This document shows positions 11,720 through 24,962 of a stretch of 64,000 nucleotides of DNA, piece after piece. The translations under genes were made by a program, and so were the position numbers. This stretch comes from Podarcis erhardii (taxonomy: Eukaryota). Below the pieces are notes generated by a model, which did no database searches, was not told the origin of the DNA, and was given only the letters and a program-made list of their open reading frames with translations. Position 1 is the first letter of the stretch. Each line of letters opens with the position of its first letter. The stretch is from NCBI GenBank assembly GCA_964252035.1, contig OZ176200.1; one strand, written 5' to 3'.

Positions 11720-11858
11720 GTAGAAGCAGAAGACCACCAAGATGTGGTGGTCTATGACCAGAGCACACGGGATGCCAATGGACTGGCGTCTGACAGTTTT
11801 CTCTCCATCCTCCTAGGCAAGCTGGACAGCTGCTTCCACAATGTCTCCATCCTCACAG
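11720..11858 (+). CDS. DUSP8: DUSP8 internal coding exon (second half of rhodanese/CH2 domain; equivalent to human exon 3)
   Basis: Acceptor ctcttgcAG|G, donor ACAG|GTagga; 139 nt, phase 0 to phase 1. Translates VEAEDHQDVVVYDQSTRDANGLASDSFLSILLGKLDSCFHNVSILT(G), recognisably the DUSP8 segment QDVVVYDQSTRDA..DSFLSILL.KLD.CF. Confidence 0.97.
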
Positions 11859-12388
11859 GTAGGAATTGGTGGCAGCCATAGTGAAAGGCCAAGATTTTGC
11901 CTGTTAAGTGTATGGGAAAGAAGCACTTCAGAGGACAAAAAGCGGCGGTAGAAAGCCACACACTACTCTGTCTTGCCTTTTAGTGTTCTTTCCATGTGAT
12001 TTATGTTGGACACAAGCCCCAGATGTGATGTTTGCTGTAACTAATAGAGCTGCATTGGTGGACCGAGGGTGGAATAGCTTCCCCCCCTCCATCTTTTGTG
12101 TCACTCCTGAATTTAATTGCACAGCTACGAAGAAGGGAACTTTACCAAGGGCTTGGATGATGTGTCATGGCATCAAGATAGATGCTAGAATGTGAGAGAG
12201 GAATCAGTGGTAAGCCTTTATTGCAATACCTTTCTAGGTCTCGAGTACCTTGTGGCCTAAATAGCAACCTGTACTCCTGAAAGTGCTTTACTGCAGCCAC
12301 GTCACAGTTTTGTTTTGTTTTTGTTTTGTAAACCCTCCTCTTCGGGAACAGTAACATTATCTGAAGTGGAATGTGCATGCTGATATAA

Positions 12389-12862
12389 TTTTGGGAAGGG
12401 AGCTTGTGACCCTAAATGTTGCTGGACTATAAATCCCACCATTGGCCATGCTGGCTGAGGCCTTAAATGGCTCAGGACCACAATATCTCAAGGACCGCCT
12501 CTTTCCACATGAACCTACCCGGTCGCTGAGACCATCTTCTGAGGCCCTTCTTCATGTGCCTCTTCCTTGACAGGTCCAGAGGGTGGCAACACGAGAACGG
12601 CCTTCTCTGCAGTGGCTTCCCATTTGTGGAATGCTGTCCCAGGGAGGCTCGCCTGGCGCCTTCATTATACACCTTTAGGTGCCAGGCAAAAAACATTCTT
12701 TTTTAACCAGGCCTTTGGTTGATTTGATTTATATCCTATGCCCTTTTAAAATGTTTTTTTGGGGGGGCACTATTGGGTTGTTTTTATTTTTATTAGGTAT
12801 TTTGTGGTTTTATATCTTGATTTTATTCTGTGAATTGCCCTGAGACCCCAGGGTATAGGGTG

Positions 12863-12909
<47 letters not shown>

Positions 12910-12960
12910 TAATGGGAGTCAGTTCAACGACATCTACAGGACCACATTATTCCCACTCCT
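12389..12960. mobile_element. Palindromic MITE remnant split by an L2 insertion
   Basis: Left arm atgttgctggactata..ccattggccatgctggctgagg (to about 12460); right arm aatgggagtcagttcaacgacatct resumes at 12911. Confidence 0.6.
12460..12908 (+). mobile_element. L2-clade LINE 3' fragment with (AAT)n tail
   Basis: Decayed ORF2 C-terminus (YLKDRLFP.EPTRSLR..AFS.VA..LWNA.P.E.RLA..), 3' end tgtgaattgccctgagac..gggtatagggtgg, then (AAT)n at 12864-12908. Confidence 0.85.
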
Positions 12961-15900
12961 ATGCTACTAGATACCTTGACTGCCTTTAGCAGGGATTCTG
13001 CTAGGATTCAAGAACTTGCAGACCCATGGAAGGGGCTTTAAAGTGACCATCATGCTTGATGCCTGATGCAGGTGCCTGATGATGCCACTGAGCTTAAAAT
13101 ATCAGATAGAGAAAATAGGCCGTGTTCCTACAAAACTCAAGCACTCATATGATTGCACCTTCTGGGGCTTCTTTGCCATATACCTTTATTCCCAAGTTCT
13201 AGTTGCCTTGCTTAACTCTGTTAGCTATTGTGTGAGAGCAAGATTCATGGTCTTCTCTTTTGCCCTCTTATATGGACAGGAATTGAGGTTAAATATGGAT
13301 ATGTGTTGTGGACTCAATTAGGGACTCTAAGGATACGGTTTGTTCCATATATTAAGATTATCTTGTGATAACTGAATAATCTTTATTCAGTTGCTAATTG
13401 TTATAACCCTTTGGGGTTTTGTAATCGGTTCCTCTACTTAGAGGTGTAACATATCAGGGAATATAAAAGCCTAGGGAGAAAAATGTTTTTGGAGATGAGG
13501 AGAATGGAAATTGAGGGAGGGGGAAAGAATGGAAATATGCAGATTTTTTATCCAACCAAGCTTAAGTTAGGAACGTGAAATCCATTATGTATAATTTAGG
13601 TAGCAGGAAAAAGTGTGGTGTTTGGCATTTTTATGAAATGTGAAAGTATAAATTCTTAATTTTAATTCTAGCAACAGTTAAAAACATTCTGCTGCTGTGA
13701 GCTTTTACACCCTAATGTGCCTGAGGAATTGTCTGCCACAAAATGTTGCAATGGCCACAATGCAAATAACTTTACAGGGGTATAAGTCAAAGGCATAGAT
13801 AGTGGAGGCCCATCAATGGCTAGTAGTCATGGTGGCTAGATAGAACATTGCATGTTCAGATGTAGTGCACCTTTGAATATTGGGGAACACCATTGGAAGA
13901 GAAGGCTGCCTGATTTTGGCCATGGACTGGTTGAATAATATGTTCTGAAGGAAGCAGGAGTAACTATAGACACCTATTCCACTGACCTGTTCCACTTAGC
14001 ATGGAAAAGTTCTGTATGCTGTGCTGGGGGGTGGGCAGAAGGATTGCTGCATCGATGCTCTACAAATCCCATTTTGCCCAGTAGAGGGGAGTGTTGCACA
14101 TCTGCAGGAATCAGCCTGAGCCAGTCTGAGGCAGCGAGCCCAGGCTTACTGAACATGAGCACATTGTCGTGCCACTGCAAAGCTTTCTTCTTTCTGTGCC
14201 TTTCCCTCTTACCTGTGCCATAACTGCTGGCATGGATCTTGCATCTTGGCTCTTGTTTGGCGTCATTTCCATGAAACTAGTAACCAACAGAGTCTGCAGA
14301 ACTGGACAATCAGAGTAGAAAAGTAGGTAGGATTTCAGGGAGTCAACAAATCTTCCCCGCTAACCTTGTTAGTATTTACAGAGTGAATGAATGAGCAGGG
14401 CTCTTTTCCAGAACACTTAAAAAAAAAAAATCAATGGATTCATTCGGAAAGAGGAAAAGGAGGGTGGTGGCGGGGGGTTCATTGCAATGAATCAGGGTCC
14501 CTGAGGGACTCTTATCCCAAACCACAGCCCATATGGTAAAGTGGCTAAGTAAGCATGATATTCTAATTATAGCTTTCTGCAGAGTGTGTACAGTTACAGT
14601 GCTAGCGAGCTCCAAAGGAAAGGCGTGTGAATGAATGAAATCTCCCAAGTGGACAAAGAAAGGAAAAGGCAGATGAAGATTAAACCCACTTATTCATTCC
14701 ATAACTCTGGGAGCCAGATCTGCTGCTTATATTGTTACCTAGCACTCTGGGCCAAGCGACACATGGCATTTACTCCATAGCTTGCTTTTGAGTGCAACCC
14801 TTATTTTTTCCAAAAACTGCCGGCGTGCCCCCTCCCCACACCACAATATGGGTTCAGATCCTAGCATAGAAGTTAGGGAGCTTTAACACATGCACCCTCA
14901 TGCAATGGTCCTAAACTGGATCAGGGACTCTCATGTCTGCAATTTGCATTGGGGGGGGGTTAGCTTCCAATATCAAGAATAAAATTTTCGGCCCCCCCTG
15001 TGCAAATTGCAGAAGAAAAACTTGTGGTGCTCAGAATCCCTTTGAAAATAACAGGCAAAACATCTGTTCTTCTCCCCCCAAAATAAAACACAGATAAGGA
15101 AATCAAGCAATCAACACACCCCAAAACAGAAATTACCCACAGCAACTATCCAAAGAGGGGGCCCCCATCTCAGTTTTAAAATCATTAAATTTGGGAGGGG
15201 CAGGGAACCCTGGCAGATGCCAAAGGGGCTGTCTGAGAGTGCCACATGCCTCGATACACAGGGTGCCGAAATAGACACCCCAGTACTAAAGTCCTTTCTC
15301 CGTTCAGCTAACTTTTCCACATTCATGTCTGGCGTTAAAGTCAAGCAAATTAGTTACAATATAGCACGTGAAATGTTTCTGTTTTAGCCCTTGCATTATA
15401 ATGTGTATTGCCACCGTAGATTGAACAGAGCTGCTGTTTATATAGCTTTGTTTACAACTCTGCCAAACTTGTCCAACCAGAAATGTCACTTGTAGTACCA
15501 GGTTTGTGCCATGATGGTTGTTTTTGTGAAATGTTGCATTTATCTGGATGCCTTGAATGCATAACTGCTTTAAGTGGCGTACACATTTGAAGGTGGTGAT
15601 GATGATGATGATAATGTCACGGGTGTGGAGAGGGGGTAGAATTTCTTTAGACATGGGATCACAGGAACAAGCATGTGATGCAAGGAGAATGTCTTGGAAG
15701 CAATGTGAATAAAAATCTCAGAAATACAGTCAGGGTGTCTTCACTGCAGAATTTTAGTCCACTCCCAAGAGTATATTTGATCTCTGGAGAATAGTTCTTA
15801 CCATGAGCTTGCTGTCTGCTATTGACAAGTTGAATAATCTTTTGTCCAACACCTATAAAATGGAGAATGCAAATGTCAGTGTCTTATCTGTTGGTGCCTG

Positions 15901-18377
15901 AGTCCTTCTGGGCAGAGACTGTTGCTCAGCAACAAACAGCATTTGGCATAGCAGAGCTCTGATGTTATATTGGCTAAAGATGCTTACTCTCGCTACAGTA
16001 TATAGCCGTAAAATAATCGCTAGCTTAGGAAGATAGTATCTGTAATGATGGCTTTAGAGTCTGCTGCCCATGCCCCGCACTGCTTTAAATTTGATTGTTA
16101 CAGAACACAAGCAGTGGGGAGAGGAGGAAGGTGGTGATTCAGCCAAGTGTATTTGCTGTGCTCTGAACAATTTTCACATGACAGCAATTCCCCATGGAAG
16201 GAGAACGGATGTAGGCAAGGCGGGACTTGCGGGCGGCAGACTGTGTGCCACGGTTGCAAGGTCACTGTGGTATAAATCAAGGAGAAGCAGCCCCTGCACA
16301 AATCACATAATTCTGGGTCTTCCGTGAGCTTGTTTAAGGTGTGGGGCTGTGCCAAGCGCATCCAGAGTATTTGTAATTTGCCCCGAACTCCCAGAAATCC
16401 CTTCTGCTTTCCTGGAGGTAGAGTCTGTAAAACAGCTCACTGGTCATACATTTCAGTATCTCCTAGGCACAACTGTGAATAAAGAGCAGCCTTTTTACCC
16501 TGGAGTCTTGCTGCCCAAGTTGTAGCTGTTTATTTCCAATCAGTATGTGAACTTCATCCTCTCTCATGTCCCTGCAGTCCCTGACCATGTTTGCCTTTCC
16601 TCTCTGCCCATTCTCACTCCCAGTATGTTTAGGAATACAGGAAGCTGCCTTATGTAGCATCTGTCCAGTTCAGTTTTGTCTACACTGACTGGACAAACCG
16701 TGGCTCAGCACAAACATATGAGTTCCTGGACGGAAGACTGTAGCTGGAGCACTCTTCCCCCAGCCTCCCTGTATTGTTTGACTTAGTTTGTTGTCCAAGC
16801 CACAAGCAGTAACCCAGCTTTGTTCTTGGGTTTACATCTTGTTGTTTGTCTGGATGAGACAAACTGAGCCCAGATTTAGATGACACAACAGCCCAAATCA
16901 TGAGGGAGGAGTGCAGTGGTCAGGATCTCTCTGGGAGCTTGCGGGTTCATGGTAAGCCATGGTTTGGCTTAGTTTAATGTGCAAACCAACTCGCTATCAC
17001 ATTCCCCCTGTAGGTGTGGACAGGCAGGAGGCCTGCAGGATCATTTAATTTTTACTCAACTCCTGAGGTCCTCCAACCAGAGCAAGCTGCAGAATAGTGG
17101 CTCAAGGAAACAGAGACAAATACAACATGATGGCTTGGGGACAAAGCCAGTTACTTGCATATAAAATTAGCTTACCTACATCTGAGTTATTACTAAGACA
17201 GGATTCTAACAACCCAGTTTAACAGCAGAAGAAATGCAGTTTTGCTATTAACACTGTTAAACATGTGAGAGTCAGAAACCTTTGACAATCTAACTGAAAA
17301 TATGCCAGGAGATCCTGATCTACTTCCATCCACCTGACCCCAGTGTAAGGGATTGGATGTTGGGCTTGGATTTGGGATTAACAGGTTCAATGCCTAATCA
17401 ACCACACGGCAGAATTATGAGGATAAAATGAGCTGCCTTGAGCTCCTTAGAGGATAAGCATGATAAAAAACCTCATTTTTGAACTAAAAAAACAGTATAA
17501 GTGTCTTGTAAATGTTTTCTCAGCATTCTCCAATACAGTCCTTTGTGTATTTAGCAGAACTTTTGCCATTGAAGAAAAAGTGGCTTATCAGACTCCATAT
17601 ACATTTCTGTTTTACATTCACATATCCCAACTTGCACATATATTCAGTTTCTCAGGCGTGTGCATGCACACCCACCCCATTACATTCAGGGAGGGGAGTG
17701 AGCCCGTTCCCAGAAGTTGCTGGTAATTTCCTTCCTGAGGTTTTGGCAAAGATTCTTATGTGTGTTTTTGCTGTGGCGTCATGAACTGCATGCCCTGGAG
17801 CCCGCCAATTCACTAATGTCAAACACAGACCACTAATGTGCTGGGTGGAGGAGAGGAACTGAAATGTAGAACACTGGGTCACGGCTGCTGAGTTTTATGT
17901 GGAAAGCATGACTCAAAATAAGAAAAAGGCTGCTGAAAACTTAAAAGAGGAAGGCAGAGCAGATTTCTAACATGCACACACACAAAATTTCCTCTTTGGT
18001 CTAATGTACAGGCTATTAATTTAGACTAAATGGTTCAATGCCTGGGTGGTCTGAAGCTTACTTTGGTGTCAATTTCCAAAGGTATACCTGCCCAAACATG
18101 CAAACATCTATTTTAAGATATAACATTGTAACATACATCCATAACTACCAGGAAAGGTTCCTATTCTTCACATTTGTTTCTTTATAGAAGCTTTCCTGTG
18201 CAAATGTATTGTTTTTCTGTGGTCCTGTTTTCTAACATTTTATGTTTCAAGAGAGTGAGCATGTCTTACATTGAGAAGTGGCTATAAGGGGAATATTTCA
18301 TGGATTCTGTTGAAACTGTAACGGATTCAGTTACTAAAATTTCAGTTGAATAGCCATTATATGCTACAATTGGCATA

Positions 18378-18632
18378 CATAGGTAGGCAAACTAAGGCCC
18401 GGGGGCCGGATCCAGCCCAATCGCTTTCTAAATCTGGCCTGCGGACTGTCCGGGAATCAGTGTGTTTTTACATGAGTAGAAAGTGTCTTTTATTTAAAAT
18501 GCATCTCTGGGTTATTTGTGGGGCATAGGAATTCGTTCTCCCCCCCCAAAAAAATATATATATAGTCCGGCCCCCCACAAGGTCTGAGGGACAGTGGACC
18601 GGCCCCCTGCTGAAAAAGTTTGCTTACCCCTG
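18378..18632 (+). mobile_element. About 250-bp lacertid hAT (Charlie-like) non-autonomous element
   Basis: cataggtaggcaaactaaggcccgggggccggatcc ... gaaaaagtttgcttacccctg; same family as 26281 and 45053. Confidence 0.88.
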
Positions 18633-20313
18633 GGTAATCCATCACCTCCTCCAGGTGTTTTCCCCTTATGTAATCAAGGTTCTAGATGACAAGGAGAGCC
18701 CACATGCATTTGGCAGGCTTGCTGGTTGCAGACATTTTCCTGGTGAATGGGTGTTGTCCCAATGCAAGGATGTGTGGTCTGCTGGTGTGGCCCTGTTCTC
18801 CCTCTCAAGTAATTTAATTACATGAGCAGGGACACAGGAAGGGGGCTTATTTCTCTAGTATGTGAAATGTGGGAGGATTGTTGAAACATTCACAATGAGG
18901 GAAGTAACATCCAGTACCTGCACTTACACCCAAGTAATCATGCATAGGATTGTTCTGAAAGCACCCACAATTAAGGCCCACCAAATTCAGTGGGACTTAT
19001 AGGAAACCTGTTTAGTATTAGACAGCTTGTCTGCCAGGTAGTACCAATAATGTCAATATAGTGTAATCATGACTACATCAGTAATTGAATCAAGATCATC
19101 ATCACCACCATCATCTCAGAACTGTAACTCCAGATTTTTTTGTACGCTGGTATGGGTGCCCCCATGATGAATGCATGTGGGGACAATTGGATATGAAGGC
19201 AGCATCCATGCATTTTTCAGGCATGCTGTTTCCATACATGTCAGGAGAGACCCAGTTTGTGCCTGACCATTGCTCACCTATATTTTAAATTCAGGTAGGT
19301 AGCCGTGTTGGTCTAAAGAGGGCCATAGCATGCATTGATGGGTGCTTCCTTCATACTGGATGGGCTGTACCTGTGCTTGGTACTTTTATTGGGGAGTCAT
19401 ATCTCAGTAGATAGAGGGGGAGGAGGCCTTCAAGAATCTTTGTGCTAGCATTTCTTCTAGGGCACAAAAAATGAAAGAAAACATCTGAGCCAAAATTGTG
19501 TTTTTAAAATCTTCTAGGTAACTTTTTTTTATTAAAAAAAATTGTTAATCAGATGAATATGTGCAAATGTGACTATGTTTTCATAGGCAAGAAGCAATAT
19601 CCAAAGCCCAGATGGTTAAGCCCATAGATAAAGATCTGTTTCAGATAGACTAGTCTTCATACCTATATAGAAAACTAGCAGAAAGGCTGCTGGTAAGCAG
19701 CAGTATCCTCTTTTACCCTTGATATCTTGTGGTAAGGATACAAAGCACTCCCACTGGCCTCAGAAACCCCATTTGGAATTTCCCTGCCGCTGACAGCCAT
19801 TAAAATCTCTTGGCTTATGCAACCGGGTGAGCTTGCTGCAGTGAGAATTCCCCACTTGTAGCAAGAGTTCAATCACTGCTACAGCTCCACAGTCAGCAGG
19901 GCTAGGACTCCAGGCTGTCTTACCCTTGATGGTGCTGCTTGCTTGCTTGCTGGGATGCCTTGGGCACACACACCTGCTGTATGGCTCTGCTTTGCTGTCT
20001 TTCATAATGCTTTTATCATACCTCATACCTCTGCATGTAGCGACTTGGTGCCCATGTTACCCGCAGGGAATATAGCAGCTCATAGTGCCAGAGGATTGAC
20101 ATGGGGTAGAAGGGATTCCTCCTGCAGCCCCAGCTCTCAGCAAGCAGGTATAGGTGGGAGGATGGGAGATGGGAAGGAGGAGGAGAGTTCTTCTTCTTCA
20201 TTTCTCAGGCAGTAGGTAGGTTGCCAGTACTGCTTTGCAAGTAAGTGTAAACAGCCCTGCCTGCTGCCCACCCTTTGCAGGAAGAGCAAGCCTGTTGATT
20301 TAGATGGATTTCC

Positions 20314-20321
20314 TGACGTCA
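20314..20321. promoter_or_regulatory. Canonical CRE palindrome
   Basis: TGACGTCA with intact CpG in non-repeat intron; other bZIP-type sites nearby. Function untested. Confidence 0.35.
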
Positions 20322-20998
20322 CAAGAAGCAGTGAAAAAGTGAATGGAGCCAACATTTTTTCTGCATTACGTATCCCCTCTCCCTCCCAGCGCCGCTATTC
20401 CTGCAGGAGCCTGACTGTTCTTTCACCTCTGCGGATTCCAGAGCAACATCTGCAGCCCCTCCCTCAACACCTCTGCGCTTTTATTATAATTGGCTTATCA
20501 AGCATGTTGCCTGAAAGTCCTCTTAAGTTCATGCTGTCAGCAAGGATGGTGTTGGGCTGGAGGAGGCAAGAGAGCCCTCACCAGCCTTTTTCCCCTTTTA
20601 TGTTTGCTTACAGGGGTGGTGAAGAGTTGGCATGTGCCGGACCCAAGTGCTGACACCGCAGCTGCCTTTGGTGCTTCTGTGCAGCTCGGCAGGGACCACC
20701 TACTCCGCTCTGGAGAGAGGACCAGGCGTGCATTGTTTGATTGCTAATAGGAATGGGAGAGACAGATTTCCTGGGGAGGGTGGGGCAGAGCTAGTCAAGA
20801 ATAGGATCGTGCTTCAGCATCAGTGGCACAAATCACAACTTACGTCACTGGTGCTTGAAACAGTTTATGGAATTGGTTATTTAAAGTCTGAGTCAAGTAG
20901 CTCTTTTGAGACAGATGGCAGCAGTGTTTTCCCTTGCTTCCTCCTCTAACAAAAAATGGGTGCTGTGAGCCGGGGTACACCATGATGAGGGCTAGCAC

Positions 20999-21107
20999 CA
21001 TGGGCATAGCCAGGATTTTTTGGGGGGGGAGAACCTCATATTTGTATTGATTTGAATTGATTTAGGAGGCAGCTGCCCCCTATCCCCCCCCCTTGGCTAT
21101 GCCCATG
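20999..21107. mobile_element. 109-bp hAT-type MITE
   Basis: TIRs CATGGGCATAGCCAGG / CCTTGGCTATGCCCATG; degenerate 8-bp TSD gctagcac / accagcgc (5/8). Confidence 0.75.
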
Positions 21108-22884
21108 ACCAGCGCACTTACTAACAGTAGAACCATTAGCATTATCATGTCACACTAGCTTGAAAGATGTTCCAAATAGTGTGTGTGCTGTTGCCCACAG
21201 TAGTACCTGACCCTAATGATAAATGAAACTAACAACACATGGTGTATCTCTATAGGACTTAGTTATACTTCCTCACAGTTGGTCAGTGCTAAGTCAGATG
21301 TATTCACCTCAGGTGGTGGCCCAGAAGGCCTGTTATTTAAAAACAAACAAACAAACACAAACAAACAAACAAACAAACCCTAATTTCCAACTAAAGGCCT
21401 CTTTCTGTGTTATCCTGAAGCAAGCAAACCAGATCCTAAGCTTTGCCCTGAATATACAAGACAAGGTTGTGGGTGCTGAATCTGATTCTAGCAGAGGGGA
21501 AGTTACAGATTGGGCCCTGGCTTGGTGGAGACCAAAGGACTTGCTGAAAGTAAGACTCTGCTCTCAGTTTCCCATAGCTCTGAAGTAGCTCTTGCTTGAA
21601 AATTAGGGAGCATAATTTGGTGGTAGCCTACTTAGGACTAAAATGCACCAATCCTACCTGGTTCTGCATCACAGGACTGATGAGGTGGTTCTGACGGTTG
21701 GTTTTTCAAGTGCAGCATCCTTTATGCTTTCATAGAAGCAGCCTGGGAGTGTGGAATAGCCACATCTTTCTCATGGGAGGGTTCACTGCAGGCACATGAG
21801 GAGTAACCTAGGGCAATTCATGTGAGAAGCCTAAGGCCATTCACAAGAGAAGTGGATGTGTGCACAGCCTAGAAAAATAAAACAGTTAACACTAAGAGTT
21901 GTGTGGAATTAGACTTTGAAGTAAAATAAATTAGAGGGCTAAATTCAGCCTGCATTTGAGCGCAGGATGAATAGTTTACAACAGTTCAAGAATTAGGTTA
22001 TAAAGAATTCAGTATTCTGCAACTGAATGAGCTACTTCTGAAGCTCTGACTGAGTCCCTCCCACACCCACACTCTTGGTCACCAAGCTGTGCTAAAGCCT
22101 TTTGTACCTTTTCTCAAGCCAGTAGCTTTTCATCTGGCCCTGGTGTACATGTGAGCTCATCAGCCATCTTCTTCCCCACTCTAGAGCTTGTACCAGTTCT
22201 GTGAAGAATGTTTAGATTTTTCCATCTCTCTTTTTTTCTAAATTTAGAGGACCCATTTAACACTCATGATTTGGAAAGAATGTGGCATGGTAATAATTGA
22301 TGAGTGATCTCTCCATCCCCCAGCTCTTCAGCAAACACATTGCCTTTGACAGGTCTGGCCATACTCCCAGACCACTTGCAAACCTGCAGTGCTATGGAGA
22401 GCCTGTGTCTTTCAGAGGCATATCATACATGCCCATTTCTCCTCCACTCCTATTTCCCTAAACTCAGTAGATCCGTTTATTTTCTTTACCTCCTGTGGGA
22501 TATATATATCAGGAAGGGTTGAAAGCACATTAGCAGCTGTGAAGAAATACTTCTATATTCACCTGACAAGTCAGGAGCCAATATTTGTGTCGGCCCATTT
22601 AATTTCCCCCCCATTTGTTTATGTGGGGTTGTTTAATGGTGCCTGGTAAATGAAGCAAAACAGGGCCCCAATATTTACAAGTATGTGCAAAGGAAATGGT
22701 CAAACCAGTAGCATAGACGTATATAGTTTATTTGAACTTCCTAAATGGGCCTATCGATGTCCTTCTCTGGAGTCTATTAAAAAAGGTAAGTATCATAGAG
22801 GTAAGATCTAAAAGTTTAGTAATGGGTTAGAAATTGGCTAAGCACTAAAAAGTAAAACAGAAGAGAAGGGTCAGATGCTTAGAG

Positions 22885-22985
22885 CAGGCCCCATTAGCTA
22901 AAGTGGTACCTCAGGTTAAGAACAGTTTCAGGTTAAGAATGGACCTCTGGAACGAATTAAGTTCTTAACCCGAGGTACCACTGTA
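22885..22985 (-). mobile_element. Tc1/mariner-type MITE, truncated copy
   Basis: Reverse complement of the left half of the 29244 element; ends GAGGTACCACTG plus TA. Confidence 0.88.
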
Positions 22986-24815
22986 CAGCTTTCAAAAGAT
23001 GTACTAATTGTTGATCACATGGCAGCACATAAAGATAACAAAACAACTTTCCACTGCATCAAACTATACTGTTTGAGATGTTCTTTAAAAAGAAACAAAA
23101 CAAAAAAAGCTTTTTCAAAACCATTCACTTTTCAGATACTTGGAAAGTTTTTTTTTAAAAAAAAAGTTTAGCACTGTGAAGCGGTCCATTGCTGCTGTAT
23201 ACATGATAACTGAACATCTAAGCTTTTATCTTACCTTGGGCCAGCAATAAGTAGAATGTGACAGTGAAAGAGGTATATACAGGGTTTGGGGGTTTTTTAA
23301 CTGCAACTTTTTAATTAAATCTTAGTAAAGCTGCCAACACAAACTTGATAAACTGCTCTTTCAACTGGCAGAGTCATTGTGTTGACTTGAGATGTTGGTG
23401 TTTCTTTTTCATGCACTGCTTAATTGGCTAACTTGTATGTCCAGCTTTTGATCTTCCTTACAGCCATCATGCTTTAGGGCAGTGATACATGTTGTGTATC
23501 AGTCTTAATGGATAAGATACTTTCAAGGCAAGTGATTGAGGAGGTGGCACTCAGTACCCATTAATGCTGGAGAGCATTGTGTTGTGAGTCCAAATATGGT
23601 GGCTGACTGTGCAGAAAGGGAGAGCTTTGAAACTTGGCATCCTAATTTAATTCCATCTTGTTTTAATATGCTGCCAATCCATGTTCTCTGCACTGAATTC
23701 CATTCTAGCTAATGTTTGGTGGCAGATTATATCATGCCTTTAGATATGGTTTGTTAAGGGATTTGGCATTTCCAGTTTGCTACATTTTCCACAGGACCGG
23801 CCTGTAAGGAAACTACAGGAACGTGGACGAAGATATTTTGAAAACATGTAAATACTATACTTGGGAGCCACAAGGTATTATTGGAAATTTTACAGAAGAA
23901 AACTTCTAGGCTTGGTTTGGATTTGTCTAATAAATCAGTTTCCAGCAAAAACAGTGAAGCACGTTTTGCATAGTGAAATAGTGAACGTTCCCTATGACAT
24001 AAGCTTTCATGAACAAGATCCCACTTTATCGAATGCATGATAATAGATAAAAGTTCAGGGGTTTGTCGGATATGACCATTAAGGTATCAGTTAAGTTTTC
24101 TAAAGGAATTATCCTTTGTGCATCCATGTTTCACACTTACGTTAACTCTCAGGACAGGAGTGGTTCATCATTGACATGACTACTTACTGTACTGAGATAG
24201 AAACAGTAGTTTGTGCATAAATGGTGGGGAAGAGAATGGGAATATGTTCTTGGGTTGGCCCAGAAGCTGAGGTTGCAGCTGCTGTCTGCTTAGGCGGCAG
24301 CCTCCTTAAAAGCTTGTTAACAGCAGGTGTTAATGAAGTGCTAATGAAGCAGTTTGCCAGAAGCAAATCAAAGGCGCTCACTAGCCTCTTCATCTCAACA
24401 GGAACCTCAATGGTCCCCTAGTACAAACTGGTTTATTAGATAGAGTCAAATAACCTGTAACAGATGCAGCCTTTACTTCTGGAAAGTGGGTTAGCAACAC
24501 ACTGATCATTTGTAGTTGCCTAGCGACTGTTACACACACACACCAATGGAATACTGCCCCAACGCAAGCAGTACTGATACTTGCACAATTCTATTTTCCA
24601 GTGAAATTCCAATAGAGATTCTTCCAAGTGATCTTGTTCAATATCACTGAGTATCCACAAAGAATCATAGTTGGTGATGATGGCTTTTAGTTTAATACTG
24701 AAAGTTCAGGTGATTGCTTCCACATTGGGCATGTACTGTGGTGTTGCCATACTTTGTTTACCCACTTTTTATGGGGCATCTACATGATCTCATGTACAAA
24801 ACCCTCCCTCTTAGT

Positions 24816-24962
24816 CAGTGGCGTAGCGTGGGGGGTGCAGGGGGGGCCGGCCGCACCGGGCGCAACATCTGGAGGTTAGGGTTAGGGGGCGCAAATCCAC
24901 GAGTTAGGGGGTGCAAATTACTTGCCTTGCCCCAGGTGCTGACAACCCACGCTACGCCACTG
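24816..24962. mobile_element. 147-bp hAT MITE with perfect 8-bp TSD
   Basis: TIRs CAGTGGCGTAGCGTGGG / CCCACGCTACGCCACTG; CTCTTAGT at 24808-24815 and 24963-24970. Confidence 0.95.

Noticed and set aside
14936-15013. Small inverted repeat (tctgcaatttgca..tgcaaattgcaga)
   Set aside because: Most likely a transposon remnant; no miRNA-like or other functional support.
22901-22983. Apparent new 83-bp mini-MITE with TIR-like ends inside a truncated Tc1 element
   Set aside because: Internal TIR-like subrepeats also occur in the other copies (1-82, 29244-29469), so this is a family trait, not a new element.
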